A stretch of 40,590 nucleotides of DNA, taken from the NCBI GenBank assembly GCA_944363825.1, contig CALVVK010000002.1:1-40590 (forward strand). Direction: 5' to 3'. How positions within the stretch are numbered: the stretch's first letter is position 1; each line of letters begins with the position of its first letter. The position numbers were made by a program, and so were the translations under genes. Positions 1 to 8,058 of the stretch are shown here, piece by piece. Source of the stretch: an uncultured Bacilli bacterium. GTDB taxonomy: Bacteria; Bacillota_I; Bacilli_A; RF39; UBA660. Below the pieces are notes generated by a model. It worked only from the letters and a program-made list of their open reading frames with translations. It had not been told where the DNA came from and made no database searches.

Positions 1-93
1 CTTACTTTTTACTAAAAATTTGGTAAAATTGTAGTAAAAAGTACTGACTTTATTTATTTAGGCTGTAAATACTAACTAAATTAAAAAAGGATT

Positions 94-1128
94 TTACTCC
101 TTTTTAGTTTTTTCTTCTTTTTTCTTAATAAAACCGTAATGTTCTTTTATTTTTTCGGCAATTGCATCACGCACTTGAGGATTTTCTCGTAAAAATGTTT
201 TGACATTTTCCTTACCTTGACCAATTTTTTCCCCATTATAAGAATACCAAGCACCAGATTTATCAATGATGGCTAAGTCACTAGCAATATCAATGATTTC
301 ACCTTCTTTAGATATTCCTTCGCCGTACATAATATCGACAGTAGCAGTTTTAAATGGTGGAGCCACTTTATTTTTAACAACTTTTATATTAGTTTTATTA
401 CCAATAATTTGATCTCCTATTTTTATTTGTTCGCCCCGTCTGACATCAAGCCGGATTGTCGAATAAAATTTTAGGGCTCGACCACCAGGTGTAGTTTCCG
501 GATTACCAAACATTACCCCCACTTTTTCCCGGAGTTGATTAATAAATATCGCTGTAGTTTTCGTCTTATTCATTGTCCCAGATAATTTTCTTAAGGCTTG
601 CGACATAAGACGCGCTTGGAGACCAACGTGGGAATCACCCATTTCCCCATCGATTTCCGCTTGGGGAACTAAGGCCGCAACGGAGTCGATGACAATCAGA
701 CTCACGGCTTCACTTTTAACTAAAGCATCACAAATTTCTAAAGCTTGTTCTCCAGTATCGGGTTGACTTAATAAAAGTTCATTGATATCAACGCCGAGAT
801 TTTTGGCATAAACCGGGTCAAGAGCATGTTCGGCATCAATGAATGCTGCTCTGCCCCCAGCCTTTTGCACTTCGGCAATGGCCTGCAAAGCAACTGTTGT
901 CTTACCACTTGACTCCGGTCCATATATTTCAATAATCCGCCCTTTTGGGTAACCACCAACCCCTAAAGCAACATCAATTGCCAAAGAGCCACTAGATATC
1001 ACATCTACTTCAATATGTTCATTATCCCCTAATTTCATTATAGCACCAGCCCCAAATTGTTTTTCAATATCAGCAAGGACTTGCTCTAATGCTTTATCTT
1101 TATTCTTTTCTTCTTTAATAGATTTCAT
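94..1128 (-). CDS. recA: Recombinase RecA
   Basis: 344 aa. Walker A is GPESSGKTT and Walker B is [12 protein letters not shown]. The L1/L2 region ([15 protein letters not shown]) is typical of full-length RecA. An AGGAGG ribosome-binding site lies upstream. Confidence 0.97.
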   Translation of the reverse strand: MKSIKEEKNKDKALEQVLADIEKQFGAGAIMKLGDNEHIEVDVISSGSLAIDVALGVGGYPKGRIIEIYGPESSGKTTVALQAIAEVQKAGGRAAFIDAEHALDPVYAKNLGVDINELLLSQPDTGEQALEICDALVKSEAVSLIVIDSVAALVPQAEIDGEMGDSHVGLQARLMSQALRKLSGTMNKTKTTAIFINQLREKVGVMFGNPETTPGGRALKFYSTIRLDVRRGEQIKIGDQIIGNKTNIKVVKNKVAPPFKTATVDIMYGEGISKEGEIIDIASDLAIIDKSGAWYSYNGEKIGQGKENVKTFLRENPQVRDAIAEKIKEHYGFIKKKEEKTKKE

Positions 1129-1167
1129 TGTTTCCTCCTAATAGTTTTTTTACTCTGATACAAATTA

Positions 1168-1219
1168 ATTTTAATATACTTTCTATTAAAAGTCAACAAA
1201 AAATTGCAAACATTTGTTC
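1168..1219 (-). promoter_or_regulatory. recA promoter (TTGACT-17-TAAAAT) with an upstream LexA/Cheo-type SOS box
   Basis: Read on the minus strand: GAACAAATGTTTGC (1206-1219) fits the Firmicute LexA box GAAC-N4-GTTC with one mismatch. The -35 TTGACT is at 1191-1196, followed by a 17-nt spacer and the -10 TAAAAT at 1168-1173. Confidence 0.6.
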
Positions 1220-1224
1220 AAAAA

Positions 1225-1575
1225 TTAATCTTTTGGCTTAAATACTAAAGCAATTAAGAAGGCAAAGACGATGGCACCCGTGATGGCAGCGGAAGATTTT
1301 GTTAACATATGGGTAAAAATACCTAAGAAACCTTCCTCATTATAACCTTGCAAAGCCGAAGAATATAACATATGACCAAAGTTAGATATTAATGTTGTTG
1401 CTCCCGCCCCAAATTTAGCAATTAAATTATCATATATTCCCAAAAATGATAGAAGTGCTCCAAGGGCCGTGTAAATACTGGTAATATGTCCAGGTGTCAG
1501 TTTAGTGTTATCTAAAATAATTTGGGCAATAGCACAAGCAAAACCAGCAAATAAAAAGGCATATAAAAAGTTCAT
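1225..1575 (-). CDS. spoVAE: Stage V sporulation protein AE (SpoVAEb-type small membrane protein)
   Basis: 116 aa with about 4 TM segments. It sits directly downstream of spoVAC-spoVAD, which is the conserved clostridial spoVA C-D-E order. Confidence 0.85.
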   Translation of the reverse strand: MNFLYAFLFAGFACAIAQIILDNTKLTPGHITSIYTALGALLSFLGIYDNLIAKFGAGATTLISNFGHMLYSSALQGYNEEGFLGIFTHMLTKSSAAITGAIVFAFLIALVFKPKD

Positions 1576-2568
1576 CTATTCCACCTCCAAACTTAGAGCA
1601 TGAGCAATTCCAGGAATTGTTTGTTGTTGATTAACTAGGGAAACCGAATGCAAAGCACCAGTTGCAATAATAAGAATTTTTTTGTAGCGCTTTGTAGTTA
1701 AGGCTTTATTAAAGAGTACTAATGGTAAACAAGCAGGACCACTTCCTCCCGCATAAGTTTCTTGACTATCTAAAAATAATTCACAGCCCGCATCTAAATA
1801 TTTTTTCATTTTAATATGATAATTAGTTTCAAGATAATCTTCCAAAATTTTAGCCCCAACACAACCAAGATCACCAGTTAAAATTAAATCATAATAATTG
1901 ACATCTCTTTTTAATTCTGTTAAATGAGTTACTAGTGTAGATGCTGCCGCCGGAGCCATAACTGCCCCCATATTATTAGCATCACTTATTCCCATGTCTA
2001 CGGGGGTTCCAATGGTTGATGCTTCAATTTTAATTTTACTCGGTTTCTTACTAATTAATGTTGCAACAGCACCCGTTGTTGTAAATGTCGCCGTGTGCGG
2101 TCTTGGGGCTCCATATTCAATTGGATACCTAAATTGCTTTTCGGCCGTCAGATTATGGGAACTAGTTATGCCAATAATTTTTTTAAAGCCAGAGGACTCT
2201 ACAAAATTACTAGCCACGATTAAACTTTCAACAAATGTTGCACATGCCGAATAAAGACCTAGAAAAGGAAAATTGAAATTTTTAGCACTATAACTAGTAA
2301 TAGCAATTTGATTGGTTAAATCACCACCAATAAGTAAAGATATATCCGAATTTTGTAAAGAATTTTGTTCTAAAAGACGAGTAATTACCGTTTTTTGCAT
2401 TTTTATTTCGGCTTGTTCAAAAGTTTTTTCCCCATAATAATAATCATCCATTACTAAATTATATTTTTTTAAATGACTTTCTCGTTCTAAGGGACCAACT
2501 AACGTTACATAATCATTTAAATAGACATTTTTATATTGTTTACTAGCCACCGATAACCACCCGCACAA
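1576..2568 (-). CDS. spoVAD: Stage V sporulation protein AD (thiolase-like fold, DPA uptake)
   Basis: 330 aa with a thiolase/KAS-like layout and a GGDLTNQ motif, located between spoVAC and spoVAE. The annotated start is TTG and overlaps spoVAC. A GTG about 18 nt downstream, preceded by GGGTGG, is an alternative start. Confidence 0.9.
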   Translation of the reverse strand: MCGWLSVASKQYKNVYLNDYVTLVGPLERESHLKKYNLVMDDYYYGEKTFEQAEIKMQKTVITRLLEQNSLQNSDISLLIGGDLTNQIAITSYSAKNFNFPFLGLYSACATFVESLIVASNFVESSGFKKIIGITSSHNLTAEKQFRYPIEYGAPRPHTATFTTTGAVATLISKKPSKIKIEASTIGTPVDMGISDANNMGAVMAPAAASTLVTHLTELKRDVNYYDLILTGDLGCVGAKILEDYLETNYHIKMKKYLDAGCELFLDSQETYAGGSGPACLPLVLFNKALTTKRYKKILIIATGALHSVSLVNQQQTIPGIAHALSLEVE

Positions 2569-2995
2569 TCACTAATATAAAAGCCGATATAACACCATAG
2601 AGAATTACCGAACCCGCTAGTTTAAAGAAGTTTGATCCTAGCCCTGTAATTAAGCCATCTTTTTTATAATCGAGAGCACTACTAGTTACACTGTGAGCAA
2701 AACCAGTTGTTGGAATAATTAAACCACACTTACATTTGGAAACCCAATTATCAAAAAAGCCCAACGCGGTAAGTAAACTGGCACTACCAATTATAATAAG
2801 ACATGTATAAATGCCCGCAACACTTTGCGACAAGCCAAAAGATTCTGTCAACATATACATTAAAAATTCCCCGATAAAACCAATAAATCCCCCAACTACG
2901 AAAGCAACACCAATATTCCTAAGCCGGGGTTCTTTAGGAGTATGCTTGGAAACTAATTTTTTGTATTCTTCTTTATTCACATTATCACCTAACAT
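2543..2995 (-). CDS. spoVAC: Stage V sporulation protein AC (membrane channel subunit)
   Basis: 150 aa with 4 TM helices, a glycine-rich membrane protein in the canonical position ahead of spoVAD. Confidence 0.9.
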   Translation of the reverse strand: MLGDNVNKEEYKKLVSKHTPKEPRLRNIGVAFVVGGFIGFIGEFLMYMLTESFGLSQSVAGIYTCLIIIGSASLLTALGFFDNWVSKCKCGLIIPTTGFAHSVTSSALDYKKDGLITGLGSNFFKLAGSVILYGVISAFILVIVRVVIGG

Positions 2996-3014
2996 TATTA
3001 TGTTAGAGTTTTTT

Positions 3015-3665
3015 TTACATATACATAAATTTCCGCATTTTGGCTAAACTTTTGGTTTCATATCTAGATACCATCACTTGGGTAATCCCCAATTTACGGG
3101 CTGTTTCACTTTGGGTTAAGTCTTCATAATAACGCGCACTAATTATATCTTTCTCTAAAGAATTTAAAGTATTTAGACTTTCACTTAATAATAATTTATC
3201 ATCCTGCGTGATTTTTTCTTCACAAGGAATAATTTCATGTAAACTTCGCTCTTCTTCTGTATCATTATCGATGGAGATAATTGAACTAGCCCAAAGAATG
3301 GCTTGTTCTATTTTTTCTTCTTCAATTTCTAAAAAGGCTGCGAGTTCCTTATTAGTTGGGGTATGTAATAATTTTTGAGCCAAGATATTGCGACCATGTT
3401 CGATCATTTTAACTAATTTTAAAATATCTTTACTAAGTTTAATACTTTTAGAATTAGCAACAATATACATTTCGCCATAAATATATTTATAAGCATAAGT
3501 ACTAAATTTAGTATCACCATCTTTTTTATAATTTTGATAGGCTTTAATTACGCCGAGAACACCGGCTTGATATAGATCGGACTTTTCCGTACCATAAAAC
3601 ATTTTGGCAATACTCCAAATAAGACCAGCACTATCTTCAATAACTTTTTCTAGCACATTATTCAT
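3015..3665 (-). CDS. sigF: Sigma-70 family (group 3, SigF/SigB-like) sporulation sigma factor
   Basis: 216 aa. Region 2 reads DLYQAGVLGVIKAYQNYK..FSTYAYKYIYGEM, and the region 4.2 HTH reads LTQSETARKLGITQVMVSRYETKSLAKMRK. It lies between a STAS gene and spoVAC-AD-AE, as sigF does in clostridia. It is shorter than typical SigF. Confidence 0.75.
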   Translation of the reverse strand: MNNVLEKVIEDSAGLIWSIAKMFYGTEKSDLYQAGVLGVIKAYQNYKKDGDTKFSTYAYKYIYGEMYIVANSKSIKLSKDILKLVKMIEHGRNILAQKLLHTPTNKELAAFLEIEEEKIEQAILWASSIISIDNDTEEERSLHEIIPCEEKITQDDKLLLSESLNTLNSLEKDIISARYYEDLTQSETARKLGITQVMVSRYETKSLAKMRKFMYM

Positions 3666-4009
3666 TAGGCCACCTCGATTAACTCGAAGGCTGATTTTTC
3701 ATCAGCTATTCTCGCCAGGCGAACTTTTTTAATTTTTTCTTTAATATTTTGGTTTATTTTACACATTCTAATCTTTCCTTTATTATTCTTAATTATATAT
3801 TTAGTATTTATTATGGCATCAATACCAGAGGGATCAATATCTTCTAGAGATAGAAAATTATAAACTAAGTATTTTATTTTATGTTTTTTTAAGACTGGAC
3901 TTAAATAATTATTAATTTTGTAACAATTCTTCCGAAATAATTTACCTTTAAGTCGAACAAATAATATACCACTTTTAAATTCTAAATCCATTTTCAACAT
4001 AGTAATCAC
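3665..4009 (-). CDS. STAS-domain anti-sigma-factor antagonist-like protein (SpoIIAA-like, divergent)
   Basis: 114 aa that aligns by eye to SpoIIAA (ILFVRLKGKL...; LVYNFLSLEDIDPSGIDAII against LNLEDLSFMDSSGLGVIL). Its stop overlaps the sigma gene start (TAATG), implying translational coupling. Confidence 0.6.
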   Translation of the reverse strand: MITMLKMDLEFKSGILFVRLKGKLFRKNCYKINNYLSPVLKKHKIKYLVYNFLSLEDIDPSGIDAIINTKYIIKNNKGKIRMCKINQNIKEKIKKVRLARIADEKSAFELIEVA

Positions 4010-4085
4010 CTTTACACATTAAATATAGAGCATTATTTAATGCTTTTAAACAACTTCGACATTAATAGGCAAAAATAGCCAAAAT

Positions 4086-4110
4086 AAAAAGTGTCTACTT
4101 GACACTTTTT
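4086..4110 (-). terminator. Rho-independent terminator after the LCP gene
   Basis: Perfect 10-bp inverted repeat AAAAAGTGTC / GACACTTTTT with a 5-nt loop (TACTT). It is followed on the minus strand by a T-rich run and overlaps the LCP stop codon. Confidence 0.7.
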
Positions 4111-5533
4111 ATTGTAAAAGAGTACTATTTATCCGTTCTTTAGCATTTATAAGAGATTCTTCATCAGGGCGCATGACATATAACATTGTACTTTGATAAC
4201 TATAGGTATAATCATAGGCATCAGTGCCATCAAGACTAATCGCCGAAATATTCCAACTGGCCATATTAGAAATTTGCCATTTGATAAAATCGGTTATTTC
4301 ATTATCAGAAATATTGGTTAAAAATTTATTATCTAAAGCATTTAGCAGATTATTGTAATCCGTTATGATATTGGCACTTAATGCTTTATTGATCAAAGCC
4401 GTAAGGATTAATTCTTGATTTTCGCCCCGCGTTCGATCTCCTTCAGCGAAGGCTTTACGTTCCCGGGCAAACGATAAGGCTTCTTCACCGTTTAATTCGT
4501 TAGTTCCGCGCGTAAAATGATAACCATCTTGGGTAGTAAATTCATAATTAGACTCAACAGTTATACCACCGAGAGCATCTACAATATCGATAAGGGAAGT
4601 AAAATTAACTTTAACATAATAATTAATTTGGGTATCGAGTAAATTTTCAATAGCACTAACAGAAGTTTCAATGCCGTAAATTCCGGCATGAGTAAGTTTA
4701 TCATAAGCATTAAACTCCGGTAGTAAGACATAATAATCCCGCGGAATACTCGTTAGTAATATCTCATGAGTACTAGGATTAATAGATACTAATATATTGA
4801 CATCACTACGCGATACTTTGGTTACACTACCATAAGTATCAATACCGGAGATAAGAATATTAAAGGAATCTTTGGTAACATCAACTGACTCACCTATTTT
4901 GGCTATTTCGATTTCAATTTCAATACTATATATGACTCTAATACTTTGAAAGAATTCATTATTTTCTTCCTCAAAAATACTAAGTTGGGCATCTTCTAGG
5001 ATAATGGCAGCAACACTTTCAGCGGTGAGCAGATTGGATAATTCAGTGATATCACTACCAATAACACTTGTAAAATCTAAACTATTTGTTAATCTATCTA
5101 AGGCATCACTTAAACCTTGATGGTTTTCGCAATCCAAATGCCCTATTTCCGTATTTTCTAAGTCACTTAATTCCTCATATGGGCTATCATTTAAAACAAT
5201 AACATTATATTTTTCCGTTTTATAGGTATTAAAACCAAATTGTTTTAAGAAGTCTAAGGTATTTAATTCATAAGTTATCCCAAAAATCATAATTATTAAT
5301 AAAATAATGGTTAAAATGATACCAATAACACTTTTAACTTTACTTTTGGATAAAAGTAGAGTTATGGCTCCAATATCTAATAATAGGATTAAAATAACGA
5401 GAACTACAAAATATTCAAGTGGTAAAACATTTATAAAATAAACTAATACTAAGACAAGAACAGTTACTATAAGTAAAAATATACTAAGATATTTCATAAA
5501 ACTAAGTTTAGAATTTCTTTTTTTCTTAGCCAT
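4109..5533 (-). CDS. LytR-CpsA-Psr (LCP) family wall-glycopolymer phosphotransferase
   Basis: 474 aa with N-terminal TM segments and an extracellular LCP domain. Motifs: FNILISGIDTYG, RSDVNILVSINP, LTSIPRDYYV, KLTHAGIYG. Confidence 0.9.
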   Translation of the reverse strand: MAKKKRNSKLSFMKYLSIFLLIVTVLVLVLVYFINVLPLEYFVVLVILILLLDIGAITLLLSKSKVKSVIGIILTIILLIIMIFGITYELNTLDFLKQFGFNTYKTEKYNVIVLNDSPYEELSDLENTEIGHLDCENHQGLSDALDRLTNSLDFTSVIGSDITELSNLLTAESVAAIILEDAQLSIFEEENNEFFQSIRVIYSIEIEIEIAKIGESVDVTKDSFNILISGIDTYGSVTKVSRSDVNILVSINPSTHEILLTSIPRDYYVLLPEFNAYDKLTHAGIYGIETSVSAIENLLDTQINYYVKVNFTSLIDIVDALGGITVESNYEFTTQDGYHFTRGTNELNGEEALSFARERKAFAEGDRTRGENQELILTALINKALSANIITDYNNLLNALDNKFLTNISDNEITDFIKWQISNMASWNISAISLDGTDAYDYTYSYQSTMLYVMRPDEESLINAKERINSTLLQ

Positions 5534-5654
5534 AATACATCTTCCTTCCTAGAACTTTTAATTCACTTACCATTCTGATAATAATAATTTTATCAAACAA
5601 AGATATAATTAGCAACAATATTTTTCTTTAGAGTGAAGAAAAAATACTCTTTTA

Positions 5655-5849
5655 TTAGCGAGTATTTTTATCCTTTTCCCGAGTTAAAATTGGTTCATTT
5701 AATTCTTCATCGAGATGATAAGTAATATTTAGATATTCATCAAATTCATAACCTCCGAAATGTTTCAAAACACATGAAATTTCACCAAGCATAAATTTAG
5801 AAATCCCCATGGTTGGATAGGCTCTTTTCAATTTCTTCATATGGTTCAT
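5655..5849 (-). CDS. Hypothetical small protein (64 aa)
   Basis: Open reading frame only, 70 nt downstream of the 365-aa orphan gene. No recognisable motif and no convincing ribosome-binding site were checked. Confidence 0.3.
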   Translation of the reverse strand: MNHMKKLKRAYPTMGISKFMLGEISCVLKHFGGYEFDEYLNITYHLDEELNEPILTREKDKNTR

Positions 5850-5919
5850 TATTTTGAAGTTTTTTTAGACTTAGGCTGCTCGCTTCAACACCACCATAGT
5901 AAAATTTTTTTCAAAATAA

Positions 5920-7017
5920 TTATTTCACTCTATTTAAAGTAATAGGATGATTAGTTGTCTTTTCTTTTACTTCATTAATATAACCATAATTTTTATGCCA
6001 ATATTCCCGTAATTCATGACTATTTTTACTAAAATAACTTATTATAGTATACATAAATTCATAACATTCGAAATTACGACAATACAAATCAAGTTCTGCG
6101 GCATTATTTTGAAATTTTTCCAAACCGATTAGGCAATCAGCAATGATATTAATGGTATTAGCCTCATTAGCATAACTATCGACGAACTCGAACCAGGTAA
6201 CAATTTTATCTTCTGTAATATATTTTAAACCTGCTTGCATAAGTTCATATTTGTTTTTAAATTGTTTTGGTTTCGATATTTCGGCAGTTATTAATTCTTG
6301 TTTTTTATTACGTCGCTTTTCTTGTTTAGAAGCAACTTTAACACCATAAAATTTTCTTTTAATTTCATTTAACTCTTCCACAGTCTTATAATCATAGCCC
6401 TCTTCTAAGTAAGGATTATAATACAGAATTTTACCATCTTTATTTAACTTAATTTTAGTAACTGCTAAGTGATTAGCAATAAGGGGGATAGTTTTTGAAC
6501 TTGTTGTAATACTTGAATAATAATCGACTCCCACTAATTTTTCTTTATCTTTTATTTTATGGCCATAGCACCAATAATAAATAGTTACCATTTCCCCGAT
6601 ATTTTTTTCTAAATCTTTAAATTCCTTCAAGATATTTTGATCATAATTCTCTATGATATAATTTTCGATATATGTTAAATCACCTTCTAACATTGGAATA
6701 ATATCATTATAACTAGTTAGACAGACAGCAGATAGATTATACATTTGCATGAATTTATTTATTTCGGCACTATTGGGATAAAATTCTATATTATCTAAAG
6801 TAACTCTATTCCCAAAATATATCCAATTGGTTTGTTTTTTTCTTTTACTAATATCATAAAAATCATCCTCGGCATTCATTTCAAAAAAACGAACACCAAT
6901 AGTTCGATTGGAAGTATTCATTTGCCAATAAGGATAATATTCTTCTATTTCTTTAATTATAGTTTCACCATTTAGCAACCCATGACATTTACATTCTACA
7001 TATTTTTTTCTCTTCAT
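5920..7017 (-). CDS. Hypothetical cytoplasmic protein, no recognisable domain
   Basis: 365-aa ORF with an AAGGAG ribosome-binding site and its own promoter. There is no TM segment or signal peptide. A basic linker (KQEKRRNKKQ) separates an N-terminal part from a helical C-terminal part. Confidence 0.6.
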   Translation of the reverse strand: MKRKKYVECKCHGLLNGETIIKEIEEYYPYWQMNTSNRTIGVRFFEMNAEDDFYDISKRKKQTNWIYFGNRVTLDNIEFYPNSAEINKFMQMYNLSAVCLTSYNDIIPMLEGDLTYIENYIIENYDQNILKEFKDLEKNIGEMVTIYYWCYGHKIKDKEKLVGVDYYSSITTSSKTIPLIANHLAVTKIKLNKDGKILYYNPYLEEGYDYKTVEELNEIKRKFYGVKVASKQEKRRNKKQELITAEISKPKQFKNKYELMQAGLKYITEDKIVTWFEFVDSYANEANTINIIADCLIGLEKFQNNAAELDLYCRNFECYEFMYTIISYFSKNSHELREYWHKNYGYINEVKEKTTNHPITLNRVK

Positions 7018-7044
7018 TCTATTCTCCTTTTTTGAATAATAACT

Positions 7045-7073
7045 ATTTTAACACAGGAACTATCTTTTGACAA
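7045..7073 (-). promoter_or_regulatory. SigA-type promoter of the 365-aa orphan gene
   Basis: On the minus strand, TTGTCA (7068-7073), a 17-nt spacer, then TAAAAT (7045-7050). It sits immediately downstream of the yihY terminator. Confidence 0.5.
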
Positions 7074-7076
7074 TAA

Positions 7077-7096
7077 AAAATCCCCGCAGGGATTTT
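7077..7096 (-). terminator. Rho-independent terminator ending the pcrA-ligA-yihY operon
   Basis: Stem AAAATCCC / GGGATTTT with loop CGCA, followed by a T6 run on the minus strand. A second, weaker hairpin (ATGTACA..TGTACAT, 7156-7183) lies nearer the yihY stop. Confidence 0.7.
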
Positions 7097-7197
7097 AGAT
7101 ATTACTTTTCAATATCGTTAGTAAATTAATACTAGATTGATATCAAAAAAGAATCATGTACATAAGTAATACCTGTTGTACATAACCTTATTATTAT

Positions 7198-8058
7198 CTA
7201 ATTTTCGACTTTTATAGTACCAGTTTTTTCTAATAGGGCTTCTTCCTTACGATAATTGAGAGCCATTCCAATTGTAAAGGCATATGCCAGTAAATAAATC
7301 CAAATCATAAGGATAACAATATTGGCTAGACTGCCATAGAATGTCGCATAGTAAGCAATATTATTAATATAGTAAGAATAAATATAAGTTATTATAATCC
7401 AAGCAAAGCTGGTAAATAATGCCCCATAACCAACACTTTTACTTTTGACCTTTTTATTTGGGGCAATAGTATAAAGTATTTTGATAAAGAAATACATTAT
7501 TAACCAGGTAATGGGTCCTTGCAGTAAAGTAATTATAGTAGTTACTTTTTCCGTAATCGAACTATTTAAATCAACATATTGGAATAATTCGACAATTTTA
7601 TCACCAAAAACTGGGACTATTAACATGAATATGAATAATAAAACTAGGAAAAAGGTCATGATAATGGCTTTAAATCTTCTTTTTAAAAAACTACTTTGTT
7701 CTTCTCCATAAATGATATTAGAAGTAACTATAATTGAGGCTGGTCCATTAGATGCTGTTACATAACCGACGATAACTACAATGAAGAAACTTAATCCTGA
7801 TATATTATCAGTATGGGGAATATTAAGTAAAAGGGAGGCAATATCACTAGAAAAAGCATTGGCTAAAAAATCATAAATTACATCGGTCGATAAATTTAGA
7901 GCAGTTGCCCCATAACTAATAAGAGTAATTGTTGGAACGATGGCTAAAACGAAGAAAAAGGCTAATTGCCCCGGCAAAATAGCCATATCTGGTCGTTTTA
8001 AAACTTTAATAAAGTTATCAAAAAATTCCTGCAATTCACTTTTTAGTTTCTTTTTCAT
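7198..8058 (-). CDS. YihY/BrkB (virulence factor BrkB / former 'RNase BN') family membrane protein
   Basis: 286 aa with about 6 TM helices and a characteristic N-terminal region (ILPGQLAFFFVLAIVPTITLI). It overlaps the upstream GGDEF gene by 23 nt. Confidence 0.85.
   Translation of the reverse strand: MKKKLKSELQEFFDNFIKVLKRPDMAILPGQLAFFFVLAIVPTITLISYGATALNLSTDVIYDFLANAFSSDIASLLLNIPHTDNISGLSFFIVVIVGYVTASNGPASIIVTSNIIYGEEQSSFLKRRFKAIIMTFFLVLLFIFMLIVPVFGDKIVELFQYVDLNSSITEKVTTIITLLQGPITWLIMYFFIKILYTIAPNKKVKSKSVGYGALFTSFAWIIITYIYSYYINNIAYYATFYGSLANIVILMIWIYLLAYAFTIGMALNYRKEEALLEKTGTIKVEN

Noticed and set aside
4-42. Inverted repeat ACTTTTTACTA / TAGTAAAAAGT downstream of recA as a terminator
   Set aside because: The stem is almost pure A/T, the loop is 17 nt, and the element abuts the window edge so the trailing T-tract cannot be assessed. 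It is not convincing enough to annotate.
768-959. Same-strand nested ORFs in alternative frames (768-959 inside recA, 9766-9954 inside the GGDEF gene, 19212-19424 opposite rnj)
   Set aside because: They are embedded in well-supported conserved CDSs and give no independent coding signal.
1994-2254. Plus-strand ORFs antisense to long minus-strand genes (1994-2254, 2811-3047, 7481-7711, 10682-10867, 11963-12232, 12260-12499, 12875-13141, 13253-13649, 13892-14077, 16100-16297, 17147-17497, 17726-17962, 21689-21877, 23424-23630, 24682-25065, 28291-28674, 29796-29999, 30186-30398, 35687-35929, 36594-36776, 37791-38060, 38383-38868, 38966-39217, 39739-39942)
   Set aside because: All of them lie entirely opposite strongly supported genes. 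Their low-complexity S/L/F-rich translations are typical of shadow frames in AT-rich DNA, and none has a ribosome-binding site or recognisable motif.
4027-4045. Small hairpin AGCATT-ATTT-AATGCT just upstream of the STAS gene
   Set aside because: The stem is only 6 bp and the orientation and position do not fit a terminator for any gene. It may be incidental in AT-rich DNA, and it is too weak to call regulatory.
5655-5849. 64-aa ORF as a pseudogene remnant of a larger gene
   Set aside because: The frame is closed by a stop only 5 codons upstream of the ATG, and no adjacent frame continues a recognisable protein. This can be neither supported nor excluded without homology searches, so it is kept as a low-confidence CDS.
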